From the human T2T-CHM13v2.0 reference genome, Homo sapiens: a stretch of 64,000 nucleotides of DNA. Made by a program: the position numbers and the translations under genes. The notes under the pieces were generated by a model, which did no database searches, was not told the DNA's origin, and worked only from the letters and a program-made list of their open reading frames with translations. The DNA is taken from assembly GCF_009914755.1 (NCBI RefSeq), contig NC_060930.1. One strand, 5' to 3'. Positions 29,853 through 46,092 of the stretch are shown in pieces (within the stretch, counting starts at the first letter, position 1; each line of letters opens with the position of its first letter).

Positions 29853-31439
29853 GCAGGTTTTCTTTATGATGTTTTAATTATATCTTTCTTGGAACATATA
29901 TGTATGAATCTTGCATGCCATAGGTCTATTAATATTTTCCAATATTCTACATGGTTTTTTACTAAAATCATTTTTATGATTAGTTACTGACTGAGGTTTC
30001 AATGCATCACTGTACTCCTAGCTATCTCTCATTTTAGCTTTTACATCACATTTTGGCCTCACACTGAAACACAAAATATTAAAAATTTGAGATCTAATAA
30101 ACAATTTTCACATTTTCCAACTAAATCCCCACTTCTTTCTAAATTTTCTACAACTTTCTAAACATTCTCACTTGAAAATTTATTTTAAATGACATGTATT
30201 TTATTCAAACAATCAATGAAGATGCTACATTGACCCCAAGTGAGCCCTTAGGGAATTTCCGTGAATATTTCCCTACAGGTTGGCATGGTAACACACTTCA
30301 CAATTTCTAAATCTGTGGATAGTTTAGAAGCTTTTATTTGCTGTTCCTAGTTCACAATGGAAATACAACAATGATTAAAAATTATAATATCCTTTTGTAG
30401 ATTCTTAGCTTTTATTCCTACTCAGTGACTCTAAAATGAATTTATAAGGCCCATGGTTTATAACCATGTGAGGCCTTGATTTTGTCACTACATTGCTAGA
30501 AATGGGGTCAGAAGGCCACCAGCTTTAATAATTTAATTCATCAATTCGGAATGAATTTGATGAGTCAACCACTTTGGTAGAGAACCATATTGCTCATAAA
30601 TACTGTTTTGAAGGCAATTCGTCTTTCATAAAATGTGAAGATTGTGCTGATCTTTCTGGGCAGGGTTATGGAGGTGTGATTAAATGCTTAAGAAACCATT
30701 TTGTTATTATATTAAACCGAATCAACTTTTTATTATTAAAAATAGATAAAAACTTAGCATCCTCAATTATAATACTTTATACAAAAGTTTCCCAATTTTA
30801 TATAGACTGAAGATAAAAATACATTAACAAATCTTACCAGCTGGTTCAGGAAAATAACTTCATAATTATTGAGACATTTATGTGTTTGGGCTTGATTTAT
30901 ACTTTGGACACAGGAAAACCTAGAGAGATCTGGTTCTTTGAAATCATCAGAGATGGTGATGGTGACTCAGAGATTCCTGAAAATCAGTAAGATTACCCTA
31001 GTTTATAGACGTATGTGTTATTTTTTCCCCCAGGCATAATGAACTTTATAACTTGTCATTGACAAGAAGCCAAATCATCTTAGAGAAAAGGGGGAGAATA
31101 AAAATTTAAGAACTTAAAAACACATAAATAAAAACATGTACATACCTCACACATGTGTACACACACAGTTTGGGGATTGGATGATATGAATAATATAATT
31201 AATACACCCTAATTTTTCATGCAGGATTAAGAAAGTATCTTCCAAACATTAAAAATGCTGAAAACTGGACATAAGGCCTTGAGTTTTCCAAATTCAGGAC
31301 ATATTTCAACTATCCCCTGAGTAAATGAACTGTAACATTTACAGAAGTAAAAATGATAAATACACTAAAGATGAATAAGTCCTTGAATTAACAGCCAAAC
31401 AAGAAGGCGCATCCTTTGGATGATTGATCACTGTAGCAT

Positions 31440-31850
31440 GATTTCTTTTCCTTGAATAGACAATATTCCTTGACAATCTTTCTGTAAACAGAATACAATG
31501 TTTCCCTAAGCAATATATGCGTGCTCTAGAGTTTTCACAATTTCTGATCCTCCTATGACTGGCTCCTGCTCAGCTCACACTGCACTTTCATGGAAGTTCT
31601 CTTAGAATGCCAGCTTTGAATCACTGCTCCCTCATGTGCTGTGTGTGATAGCATCCCATTTTAGTTTTGTCATAGAATTGATTACCATTTCAAATTGAAT
31701 TGTTAATTTATTGTTCATTTTTCTGTTGTCTCCCTTAAGTAAAAGGTAAGCTGCATGAGAATAGTTTCATTTTTTTTCCTGTTTGCCAATGTATCCTCAG
31801 TGCCGAGAACAGGTTCAGGAATACAGAATTTTTAGTTAGCAAATGAATTA
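31440..31850 (+). mobile_element. L2 3' fragment
   Basis: gtaagctgcatgagaa...tgtatcctcagtgccgagaacag...aaatgaat. Confidence 0.6.
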
Positions 31851-32747
31851 AAGTGTAAGACTTCCAGCAGGAGGAATTTTTTACATATAAGTACATTTTT
31901 TAAATTAAGCATTGCAGGCTTTAAATTTCTTCTATATAAATATTTAAAATAAAGCTTCAATAATTTGAATTGCTTTTGTGATTATTTTGTTTTATACCTT
32001 GAGTAACTTATACATCAACTATTTTGTAGTTATTCTAGTAATGATTATGAAAGACCATTTGAAAATCTTTCCCCAGCACTGAGATCTCCTTGACATGACT
32101 AAGTGATTTATACTATGCAATTATATTGCTCTTCTCAAGAAAAGCAAAATGAAATTTACAAATTTGGTAGCTTTTTGTTCTTTTGTTTTCTCAAGTAAGA
32201 TACACCAAGATTTCTTTAAATGATACGCTATATTTCTGCAATAACTGAGAAGAACATGTAATGTGCAAAACTCTTAAACTCTTTTTGTTTCAAAATAATT
32301 CTTGGTTGTTTTTATAAAAGTCTAAGCAAATACTTAATGAACTGTGTCCCAAATGAGGTGAAACAGCTGTGACAGAATGTTACTATGACTCTGTACTTTC
32401 TATAATAAAAAGGGACAGACATATCCTCACCTGAGCCTTGGGATGTTTCAGGCATGCCCATAGAGCCTAAGCTTTAGGAATCCTCTGTCATTCTTTTCCA
32501 TTGCCAGTGACTTGTGCCAATTCTAGGGTTCTGGACTGTGCAAACAATGGAAAAAATAATAACACTTTCAGGTGGCGCACAAAACCAATGTTCATAGTAG
32601 ATGGATAGTTCTAGACACTTTATTTAATAGAGAATAGGAGAAACACTAATCCCATCTAATTCTGCCTTCAAACTCCTAAAATATTCATCATTATGAATTA
32701 AAAAAAAAAATCAAAGTGTAACCTCACCCAGAGAAAGAAGATATTGG

Positions 32748-33066
32748 GGCCAGGTCTGGTGGCTCATGCCTGTAATCCCAGCACTTTGGGATGCTGAGGC
32801 GGGTGGATCATGAGTTCAAGAGATCGAGACCATCCTGGCCAACATGGTAAAACCCCGTCTCTACTAAAAAACAAACAACAAAAAAATTAGCTGGGCTTGG
32901 TGGCATGCGCCTGTAGTCCCAGCTACTTGGGAAGCTGAGGCAGGAGAATCACTTCAACCCGGGAGACGGAGGTTGCAGTGAGCCAAGATGAAGCCACTGC
33001 ACTCTGGCCTGGTGACAGAGTGAGACTCCGTCTCAAAAAAAAAAAAAAAAAGAAAACGAAAAGAAA
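32748..33066 (+). mobile_element. AluSc-like
   Basis: Full dimer with polyA; caagagatcgagaccatcctggccaacatgg; cctggtgacag; TSD agaaagaagatattgg / agaaagcagatattgg. Confidence 0.93.
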
Positions 33067-33398
33067 AGAAAGCAGATATTGGTAATTCTAGCAGATCCTG
33101 GAACAACTGAACCAAATTTATTAATATGTATTATTACTGAAAATCAGTAATGAACAAAATTTACAGAATAGGCTTCTTGGAGTTGTTACATTTCCCTTAT
33201 TACATAACTCTTCAATAAAAGTGTTTGTCATACCTATTTTAGTTAATTCTACAACAACTAGTGTGATAGGGCTATTATTTGATCTTTTTTTTTTTTTTTT
33301 TTTTTTTTACAGGTAGTGACATTCAGTATTAGACAGCTGCTATTGTGTTAGTTGTCTGAATACCTTTACATATTATCAACTGGCCTTTTCATTCCTGA

Positions 33399-33685
<287 letters not shown>

Positions 33686-34218
33686 ATAAATGCAGTCTTG
33701 TGTTCCCCACTTCCATTCCTCCTTTGACAGTACAGCTATGCTAGTCTGCGTAGCAAATTGAAAAAATATGACCTGTGGGATTTAAACAAAACACAGTGTC
33801 ATACACATTTTCTGGTAAACTTAACCAAAAGGGACTTGGGTTCCATAACTAATCACCAATGCCTCAGTGATCTGTAACTCCTTGTAGGTACCTGATCACA
33901 GTTACTAAAGGGAAAGAGGAGCGAGGAATACAAGAGCAAAGTCAAGCCAGACATAGATTTTATCTCTTTGTAAACAGGAGTTCAGAAGACCGCTCTGAAT
34001 GCTGAGTTAGCATCAGCAATAATAGAAATATATGCAGATTGTTGATTTGAAGTCATGCAAAGATATCTTTTTCATCCAAATGGAGGCAAAAGCATCATAG
34101 AGCACCAGAGGGCTAAATCCAACTGTAGCAGCAAAAGGTACACAGAAAAATAAAGCATCCTGAACCAACGCACTGACTTTCTAGGGCTTATCTAATTTGG
34201 AGCTATTTCCTTTTCTTA

Positions 34219-34520
34219 TTTCATTCAGCAAATATTTATTGAACACCCACAATGTGTAATCTGTTCTATTACATTCTGTGGAGGAAATACAGAAGTGAAT
34301 GAGGCATGGTTCTTACCTACAAGGAATTTCTAATCTTGTGGGGGAGACTAACATGTAAACAATAAACTATAGTATGAGGATTACTGAAGAGGCATATGCT
34401 AAGTCTCAGAACATTGAAATATAAGAGTTGGGTTTGACATGGGGAAAGAAATACCTTCTTCACTGAGGAGGTAGCATTTTGAGTTATTGTTGACATGTGA
34501 ATACGATTTTGAAAAGTTCC
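34219..34520 (-). mobile_element. L2 3' end
   Basis: ttcattcagcaaatatttattgaacacc...ggaaatacagaagtgaa. Confidence 0.7.
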
Positions 34521-35118
34521 AAAGAATGAAAAATTCCACCTACATTGGTGAAGTACTAAGATTAAATGCATGATAGCTTGAAGACACAAAAATAATTATT
34601 TATAAACCATTCCAAAAATCATTCAGGGAATTCCAATAATACACAAGTTTTTAAACACATTTCTGGGTAATTTTGAGTAATAAGGTCTTAATCTCCTCTA
34701 CTGCTTTCAATTGTTTTTGTGGCCTTCTTTATTTTGTGGGTATCTGGCCCAGTCTTGTCTGTAGTGTATTATGGTGGATTGGATTAAACATGTTTTGCAA
34801 TCTCTGGAGTGATTTTAAAATGACTTGTGTTATATCAGAGTTTCCTAAAGGGAGATTAATTTGGCTTAATGGTAAGAACGGATTAAAGTTATGAGATACC
34901 AGACACTGGGAAACCAGTTAGAAGCCTGTTGAGACTCTTCAGGGCAGTTGTTGTGAGAATGAAGTTAAGACAATGGGATAGAATATGAAAAAAAATGAAA
35001 CAAATATGAGAGGCAGTCTGAAGATGGAAGTTGGCAACTCATCAAATGTGAGAAATTTATAGGAACAGAAAAGAACCTGCTGATTAATATAAATTTTCTG
35101 CCAAAGAAAGTACAGTGG

Positions 35119-35420
35119 CTATCCTCAGCAAACTAACATGGGAACATAAAACTAAACACTGCATGTTCTCACTTATAAGCAGAGCTGAACAATGGGAACA
35201 CATGGACACAGGGAGTGGGACATCACACACTGGGGCCTGTTGTCGGGACTATGGGAGGGAGACCATCAGGATAAATAGCTAAAGCATGTGGGGCTTAATA
35301 CCTAGGTGATGGGTTGATAGGTGTAGCAAACTATGATGACACACGTTTACCTATGTAACAAACCTGCACGTCCTGCACATGTATCCCAGAACTTAAAATA
35401 ACATTAAATTATTAAAAAAA
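35119..35420 (+). mobile_element. Short L1PA (PA11-16-like) 3' end
   Basis: atcctcagcaaactaac...ggataaatagctaaagcatgtggggcttaatacctagg...polyA; imperfect TSD aaagaaagtacagtg / aaagaaaaagacagtg. Confidence 0.88.
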
Positions 35421-35769
35421 GAAAAAGACAGTGCTTGTCTTATTCGTTTTTTTCTTAAAATGGGAAATATGTAATATATATCAACTGTAGTGTATAGAAG
35501 GGTCATGATGAATTGAACAAAGATACGTGGAGTTTGAATTGCTAGAGGAGTACCCACATGCAGTTGTCCAGCAGAAATCAGGGCTTGTTCCCCAACATGC
35601 TATTCACAATCAGTCTACTACTCTCAGGTATTTGTTTTTCTGTGTGGCTATGCAAGCAATAGATACAGTTTATGTGAAAATGTTTTAGAAAATGTCTTCT
35701 GGAGTAATTAAAAGCATACAAGGGAATGTAAATCTCTTAATGTGACAAGACCTTTTTGCCACAATAAAC

Positions 35770-36150
35770 AAATTCATTAGTTCAAAAAATATTTATTGTG
35801 TGCCTATTGCAGCAAACAAAACAGACGAAGCTCCTTCTTGTAGGGAACTTATACTCTAGTGATATTTAGTATATATTTTGACAACTGAACCAATAGGATT
35901 TGATGACGGATTGCCTTATGGGTATAAGAGAAAGAGAGGAGTCCACACTTTCATGCCAGGTAGGTTGATGGAGGTGCCATTTACTGAGATACAGGGCCGT
36001 AGAGGAGGAGTGTGTTTGCAGCAGGGAAGGAGAAGACTCAAAATTTGGTTTTGATCATACTAAATTTGATATAGTACAGGTAAGTGTATGGTGGCCATTA
36101 GAACATGAAGGTAAGAGTTTAGATAAGGAGACAGGTATGGTGAAATACAT
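35770..36150 (-). mobile_element. L2 fragments
   Basis: aaatatttattgtgtgccta...; gaggtgccatttactgagat. Confidence 0.55.
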
Positions 36151-36383
36151 CCAATATTTATAACCAATATTATCTTTTGTGTCTGTACCTTTTTATACAT
36201 TCCCCATATATATCAAAGACTATAGAAGGGACTGGATAGTGAATAAGTGATTATACATAAATTCTTTTTTACAGATTATTTTGCTCTTGATTTCTCCTAT
36301 GTAAATCATCACAGCTACATTTTTTAAAATCTTAAAAAGGATTACTTTGAACAATGCATTTAAACATCCAGAAAACAAAAACA

Positions 36384-36490
36384 GGAGTGCATGGTAAAAA
36401 TTCTGATTTCAGAACGTATGCCTGACTTATCAAGTCAGAATTTCAGGGAGTGAAGACCCTGGAATCTACACTTTAAATAGAGCCTCAGTT
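36384..36490. mobile_element. MER5-like DNA transposon fragment
   Basis: taaaaattctgatttc...aagtcagaatttcagggagtgaagaccctggaatctacactttaa. Confidence 0.45.
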
Positions 36491-37875
36491 CACCAAGTAT
36501 GAGAAGTCCTGTAACAGGGAAAAGTAACCTCCTGTTATATTTGATGGAGGCCAATTGACAAGCCAAGTAGTTTTCCATTTGACAAAAATTCTATTGTACC
36601 AATGAAGAGCTATCAGAGGGGAGTAGATTAAAACACCTCCCTTGAAATGGAATTTGGCAAGAAAGCAAGAAATTACAGCAAAAAGACCAATAAGAGGAAT
36701 TAGGGGCAATGAAGGAAGGAGCAAAGATGTGGGAACCCAAAAAGTTTTCCTAGTAACAACTTTGAAATTATATTTTTAGTATATTAAATTTAAAGTAGAG
36801 TTATTAGTGCGTACATTGGTGTAATTTATTATTATATTAAGCCAACAATATACTTTTAAACTTATACAACTTTGCAAAAAAGTACAAATCAGAAGTCTGG
36901 GCTAAGTAGAACGCATAATAGAATCAGTAGTGCAAAATATTGTTCTATATTTTCTAGCTTATGATTTTCTATATAAAGTCAGTCTTTCAGGATTAAAATG
37001 AATGTCACTTCTTTTTACCATGTGTCCTTTAAATTATTAAAATCTATACACATATTGCTATACATAGTAAATATAGTTAGTCAATTATGTCATGGAAAGA
37101 ATTGAAGGGTTGTTATAAATTTAAAGGTGTTTCACTATACAAAAACATTGTGAAATACTGGTGCTGATTTAGTTCTAGTATCTCTGATATATTAAATCAT
37201 AAATGTCAGGAGTTATTGGTCACAAAATAAACACCAGAATTATATGACAGTCTAAAAACAAAAACAAAAAACTTCAGCAACAATATTGAAGATATGGAAG
37301 TGCCAGAAGAATAAGGATTAAGACAATGAATAAAAATCTCTTCCAAGGACTGGTCTACACTAAGAGTTTAGAAATGCATTTTTTTTTCACAGAAATATCC
37401 TTAATCCTCTATATAGAAATGAGAAGAAAACATAAGACTTTAGCAAGCTCCATCTAATCCATTTGCAGACATATGGTTACCTATCTTTTCTTCAATATAT
37501 TGGAGTTTGCAAATATTCTACCTTCAAAGAATAGGTGTTACCAAAACATTGTCTGCAAGATTTCTAAGATTTGAAATATATTTGCTATAGTAGGTTAGAG
37601 ATGAGACATTTTTACTTTAAATTGCAATAATTCAGACTTAAAATATAAAATGTGTAAGTCTAAATTTTTTTTCTATTCATTGCAAATATATCTTATATAT
37701 ACATAAAATCCTGTGTATACTCATATGAACTTTAAGGAAATATCAGAGGCATCAGTAACAGATAACTTGCATCTCTTTTACATTCAGTTCAAGCTACTCA
37801 AATTTTAATCTTTTGTTTTCATTCCAACAAAAAAAATTAGGATCTGCCTTGGCTTTTGCTAAGAAAGTAATTATT

Positions 37876-38364
<489 letters not shown>

Positions 38365-38704
38365 TCATGTTAATCTACATACTCAATCTACGTAACAACT
38401 GGATATATCCTGTAGTTGTTGCCCATTTTTCTGCTAAATGTTATCTTTAGCACTAAGCATGAGTATGAGGAAACAGTATCTGTGCTCAGATTTCAGAAAT
38501 GAAGAAAATGTACTGGAGGTCTTTTGGATAATGGCTACAAGGTCACAGGGACTGACTCCTTTGGAAGCTCAGCGATAACCATTTTCAGAGAGAATATGTC
38601 AACATCTTTCAGTCTAGAACTTGATGTTCTGCTGAGATCTAATCTGGGGGTGTCCTACTATTGAATAGGTATAAACTAAATAAAAATAGTGAGAGAACAT
38701 TCAT

Positions 38705-39045
38705 GTGTTCACTCATTCATTCCTTCATCAAACAAATATTGAAAGTCTATTAATTGGCAAGCACTCTTCTGACATTAGAAGGAGCAAAGATAAAAAAGAT
38801 ATTATCATTAACCTCAAGGACATGACAGCATCATGGGAAGGCCAGAAATGCAATATGTTAAAGTAAAACACAGTGTAGTGTTTACTACTAAAGAGATATA
38901 AACAGAGTACTGTGGTCTAAAATCATATATATAACATTTGCTTAATGGATGAGAAGGAAACTTTAACTTCAGGAGGCAGAGCATTAAGAAAGTGAATGAC
39001 AGGAGGGTCAAAAGAAAAAGCCGACAGTGTTGCAGAGGCAGGGCA
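38705..39045 (-). mobile_element. L2 3' fragment
   Basis: cattcattccttcatcaaacaaatattga...aacctcaaggac. Confidence 0.55.
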
Positions 39046-41111
39046 TAAAGGAGCTAAACCTTTGCTACCTTCAGTTTTTATTATCCACAGAACGACAAAG
39101 AAACAACAACAACAACAAAACTTTGGATTTGAGGGTTTTTTGTTTTTCTTTTTTTTTTTTTTCCTCTCATTCCAAGCATCAAACCTTGGGATTTATTTAC
39201 CTTCTAGCAAACCAAAATTTATGGGGGCATTCCTATGGTCCTCACCTCACCCCATTTTTCTGTTTTACCTATGAAACTTGATCAAAATACTGTCTCCACA
39301 TTTCTCATAAAATACATTAGTTTAATTTTCTACTATTACTTTCTTTTAGTTGATTTAAAAAAAGGTCATTTATGACCTATTTAGGTTAGCATCATTAATT
39401 TTATCAATGTAAGAATATGGTAGTACAGTGTGAATTCCATTAATGGATATGTTGATACCATGGGTTTCTCTGACCTTTCCTCTTCCGCTCCTCCCTGATG
39501 ATTGGTTCTGAGCTTATTATCATGTCAGCAATGAAACAGAAAAGGGAGAAAAATCTCAAGTAGGTTGTCTGTCTCTTTAACACTGAATAAAGATTTTTTT
39601 TTCTCTAACAGACTTAAAAATAGTGCCCTAAAAATGTTTTGTTTCATTTGTCTGAATTCCCATTCTTTCCCGTGATCATAGATAGTTGAGCTAAAAAAAG
39701 AAAAAACAAAAAACAAAAATAAACATTGTGTCCTACATTTGTATTAACTTTCTTAGGAATGAGAAGTAGAATCTTAAAAACCTTAGAATGGGAGTTTCCA
39801 AGCTAGCTTGCAGGCTTGAGTTTTATTGATAATACCTTTAGGATGCATGTATTATTAGAAACATCAGTTATTTACAAGTTCACCTATTTAAAAGTCTAAT
39901 AGGAAAAAATATTTCATGTTGCTAAGTATGTGACTTCCCTTTAAAAGATAATAATGCTTTCCCTTTAAACAACAATAGTAAAAGAAGTAGAGTTCCTTTT
40001 AAACACATACTTTTATATTATAACCCATTCTGTTTAAAAAATAGCAGGCATATAATCTAGAAATGCAAATAATTTAGTGAAATTTTTAAAATTATTCTAC
40101 ATATAATTAAATATGGATATTTGTTTTCAAATATCAAATAATAAAATATGTCTGAGATGCTGACTAATCCTTAATTATAGGTGTGATTTCTACTTCACCA
40201 TCAATACTATGGTACTCCAAATCTTAACATGAGTCTGATTTTCTAATAAACATGATGAAAAAAGTTATGGAAAAATTTTGAGATTTACTTTGGGAGGTTC
40301 TATTGTGTTCTGTTCAGCTTCATAATATTCAGTTTCTATGAGTTTGGTATTTAATTATGTGTGTTTGTCATTCAGTAGGCTGGAAGTATGACCATTGGGA
40401 GATCAAAACGATAAGACATTAATGACAGTGCTTTATCACTGAATCTAGTACTTTTTTTAATGAAAGAGATGTTGGCCTCTTGTATTGTTATAAAACAACA
40501 CAATTTTATGGCTTTAAATTAAAGTACAATCATAACAGAAGACAAAATTAGATTAAAAAACAAACATGGAGTGACTCATATAAAATATTTAGAAACCAAT
40601 AATACAGATAGAGACACATTAGTTCCTCTAGACATTGTGTTTTCCAGTAAAATGATCACCAAACTTACCAGGAAAATGATAATTATCAGATTATTTACTT
40701 TCAGAATTAAAGGCAGGAAGAGAAAAAAATGAATGAAGAGGAAACACAGTAACCATATAGGACAATAAGAGTGAATGAAGATAAAATGAAAAATCAATAA
40801 GATATCGACTTTCTTAAAAGACAAATATCACAATAGGAAACACCTCAGAAAGGGAAATCTCAAGAAAATAATAAACTGAAAGAAGAAAACATATCAAAAC
40901 AACTTGAGGACTGACAAAGTTTTAAAATGTATTTAGATAAAGATACCATGAGGAAAGTGATCAAGGTGTTCTAGGTAATCACTGAAGATAAAACTAAAAA
41001 TAGCTTAAATTAAAATCAGATAGAGAGAAGGTAACTGAAACAGGCATAGAAAGAAAGTAAGAAGGAATACAATCCTGAACATCTTAACAATGTCTCAAAT
41101 GTCAGGAATTG

Positions 41112-41665
41112 ATCCAGTTTTTGGCTGCACAACAGAGTGGCTATAGTTAACAATAATTCACTGTATATTTCAAAATAACTCAAAGAGTAGAATCGGAATG
41201 TTGCTAACACAAAGAAATGATAAATTCTTGAGGAAATGGATATCCCAATTACCCTGATTTGATCTTTACACATTGTATGCTTATATAAAAACAGTATTCA
41301 TGGCCGGGCGTGGTGGCTCACACCTGTAATCCCTGCACTTTGGGAGGTCGAGGTGGGCGGATCACAAGATCAGGAGATTGAGACCATCCTGTGAATGGTG
41401 AAACCCCGTCTCTACTAAAAATACAAAAAATTAGCCGGGTGTGGTGGTGGGTGCCTGTAGTCCCAGCTACTGGGGAGGCTGAGGTGGGAGAATGGCATGA
41501 ACCCAGGAGGCAGAGCTTGCTTGCAGTGAGCTGTGATTGCACCACTGCACTCCAGCCTGGGCGACAGAGCGAGACTTCGTCTCAATAAAACAACAACAAC
41601 AACAACAACAAAAACAAAAACAGTATTCATAATAATTAAAATAAATTATTTTTAAAATAAAATAA
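41112..41665 (+). mobile_element. L1MA 3' end interrupted by an Alu
   Basis: tatagttaacaataattcactgtatatttcaaaataact...ggatatcccaattaccctgatttgatc. Confidence 0.8.
41302..41615 (+). mobile_element. AluY-like with (CAA)n tail
   Basis: Perfect 15-bp TSD aaaaacagtattcat (41287-41301 / 41616-41630); variant accatcctgtgaatggtg. Confidence 0.93.
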
Positions 41666-41717
41666 AATATCAGTAATTTAAATTTTTCCTATAGCATAGA
41701 GATCTGTAATTAATACT

Positions 41718-42280
41718 TGTCGATCATTGTTGTTTCTGTCTTCCCAACAACTACACTCCTGTTTCTTCACATTCCCCCTTCTTCTAACAGCACTACATCT
41801 TTCTTTAGGAAACTATCCTTTTGCCATTTCACGTATATGGTGGGGTGGGGGAGTTATCAATCACAGTACCCCAGCAGATGGGACCAGAGGCAAAAATGCC
41901 TGACCTTCTCCCATCCCCCAACCACAGCAGCAAATGAATTATAATTTGATGCACAAGGAAGTATCGGAGCTTTTGTGTTGGGTTTTACATATCACCTGTG
42001 GGAGATAAATGAACTTTTCCCCACCTAACCTTTAGCCACTTGGGATGATTAGACATAGAGGTGCCTAAGATCTTTCCCTTTGCCACATTAAAAACAAATC
42101 ATCTATGGCACGAGCATACAAGACCAGCTTTCAGAGACACAAAATGATGGAGAGAACCATGATACTAGTTTTAGACCTAGTCACTGAGACTTTCTCTGCT
42201 CCTTCCCAGTTACCTGAGCTTTATTTTGTTTACATTCATCAGATTTGAATGGCTGTACTTCAAAGTACTGATTAAAATAG
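41718..42280 (+). mobile_element. LTR33-like ERVL LTR
   Basis: cccccttcttctaacagcac...ctttaggaaac near the 5' end; cagttacctgagc...tgattaaaata 3' end. Confidence 0.5.
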
Positions 42281-42570
42281 GAACCAACCTATATGATTCA
42301 GGTGGTGAGAAGGAAGAAAAAGAGAGAAAATGAGGTTAACAAAAGAGAATAAAGAAAAAGAAAGAAGGAAAACAAGAAACTCTGACTACCTCTCCTCTTT
42401 GACATAGTTTACACTTCTGACAGATTGTTCTTCTCTAAATTTATGTAGAGATTAGAGTGAGGATGATGTATGCACTGTAGCATGGGTGGTCTTCCAGGAA
42501 GCCTTGACTGAATGAGGCAAGGAGTATGTTGCTCCCTCAGTAACCTCAAATTTACCTGCAAGCCTGATAA

Positions 42571-44137
<1,567 letters not shown>

Positions 44138-44275
44138 GGATCACGACTTGGGCATACTAGCACCCACTAGTGTTCTGGGTGTCATTTCTTTGCTTCACTC
44201 TCATCCAGCTTTCTTTACTAATTTTGGATAATGAATCAGAAAATAGTGGTGTGGAATCAGGGTCTTTGAATTATT

Positions 44276-44797
44276 GTATTATCCAGAGTTTGTCCTGCTG
44301 CAAATGATAAAACACTGAAAATTAGCTTAACAAGGAAAAAAATAAAAATGTGTGTGCAGGGGAGAAGTAGGAGAGTTATTGGCTCAAGGAACAGAAGAAT
44401 TCAGTACTGAGTTTCACAAATACCTGGATTCCCTAGTCCCCATACTGCCATCAGGATCCAATCTGTCACTCACTCCAATCTCTTCCTCCTCCCTGTTGGA
44501 TTCATTGTTAGGTTTCCTGTGGCAAGATGAAATGGCCTCAGGCCTGTAACACAATAGGATCAATTACAACAGAAGATAGTATTTCTGTTTTCCTGGTTGC
44601 TCAAGCCTAAATTCCAAGATTAGTTTATATCAAACCTAGTTAGTTTTGCTCATGTAAGGGATTACTGCAACTGGGTACACTAATATGAAGAGTGGGAGAG
44701 TTGGTTAAGGGGGTTCTCTGAAAGGAGAATTAGGTTACTGTTAATGGGAGAATGAGAAATGGGTATTGTAATGACAAAAACACACACGACTACCACA
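44276..44797 (-). mobile_element. LTR33-like ERVL LTR
   Basis: tgtattatccagag...gctgcaaatga...attagcttaac...ttattggctca; ends gttactgttaatgggag...gacaaaaacacacacgactaccaca. Confidence 0.55.
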
Positions 44798-45579
44798 AAT
44801 GTTGAGGAAGAATTTTCCTTTATGATCATCTAGCCCAACTTTTTAATTTCTAATTTTGTGGTTTTGACCAGTTTTTTGTTTTTTTTTTTAATGCAGCATG
44901 TCATAAAGTTGGGAATACTTCACATTTTGTCTTTGAAAATTTGGAGAGTACTTAAAAAGATTTACAAAGGGGAGGATTGAATTATTTTAGGAATGTAAAT
45001 GGTGGTCTTCTGTCTCAGGCAATGTAGATGCTTGCTAGAAAACAGCTGACTCATGACTGTTTTCTTTCTAATTCATTAATATGAATTATTTCAAACTGCA
45101 AAGTTATCTCCTTTCTTCTCCTAATCTATCCACTTAGAGTATACATGTTCAAATTAATGTATTGAACTAATTTTTCTAGTAATACATTCTATGCATTACA
45201 AAAATAGCAGTGGGAAGGTGAAAACAAAATGCAGTTATGCATTTATCTCTAAATGTGTTCAACATCTCTTATGCGTACTTCAAAATAATTACATTTGTTT
45301 AATTTTGAAAAAAATATTAACAAGAAGTTGTAATTTGGGGAAAATTTAAAGCTGGCGAAAAAGGCTTCATCATAATTGACAATATGGGAAAATACTGTAT
45401 TAAAATCCTAGGTTTCTCCCTTGTTTGCATGAAGGAAATGAAAAATATATAAGGGAAGGATTTAATCAGTCAGGCAAAAATCTAAATTCATCACAGGTTT
45501 ATTCACTGCATACTATCAATGTGCCCAGTACCTGAATGAATATATTAAAGAAATCCACCTCTTGTACAATGAATGTAAA

Positions 45580-45735
45580 TGAGCAGAGTGTGGTGATTAA
45601 AGGTTGGTATTTGGTGCTGGGTAGACCCAGCTTTGCCACTTACTGCCCAAGTAAATATTGCCATCCATCAGATATCTCCACCTATCAGACCCACCCTGTT
45701 GTAATAACAAGATTAAAATCTGTATCACTAAAACT
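45580..45735 (+). mobile_element. MIR fragment
   Basis: gtgtggtgattaaagg...cccagctttgccacttact. Confidence 0.5.
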
Positions 45736-45846
45736 TTAAAAGAATTTATAGCCGAATCTAGAAATCTTTCACTATAATTTATCTTTCCTTAAAATGTCGT
45801 TTTTTTTTCAATTTTACTATATATGTTTTTGTACTTGTTTGCTGTC

Positions 45847-45847
<1 letters not shown>

Positions 45848-45887
<40 letters not shown>
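45848..45887. repeat. (TG)20 microsatellite
   Basis: Perfect run abutting the Alu tail. Confidence 0.97.
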
Positions 45888-45891
<4 letters not shown>

Positions 45892-46092
45892 TGAAACGGA
45901 GTCTTGCTCTGTCGCCTAGGCTGGAGTGCAATGGTGGGATCTTGGCTCACTGCAACTCCCGCCTCCTGGGTTCACGTGATTCTCCTGCCTCAGCCTCCTG
46001 AGCAACTGGGAGTACAGGCGCACACCACCACACCCAGCTAATTTTTTGTATTTTTAGTAGAGATGGGGTTTCACTATGTTGGCCAGACTGGT
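45888..46092 (-). mobile_element. 5'-truncated AluS-like
   Basis: tttttgaaacggagtcttgctctgtcgcc...gttggccagactggt. Confidence 0.9.

Noticed and set aside
36077-36085. Perfect CAG|GTAAGT donor / recursive-site-like motif
   Set aside because: Lacks an upstream polypyrimidine tract, lies in an L2 relic, and one perfect 9-mer in 64 kb is plausible by chance.
40590-41100. A-rich segment resembling a very old L1 ORF1 (and T-rich 46110-46640 in antisense)
   Set aside because: Compositional resemblance only; I cannot align it confidently.
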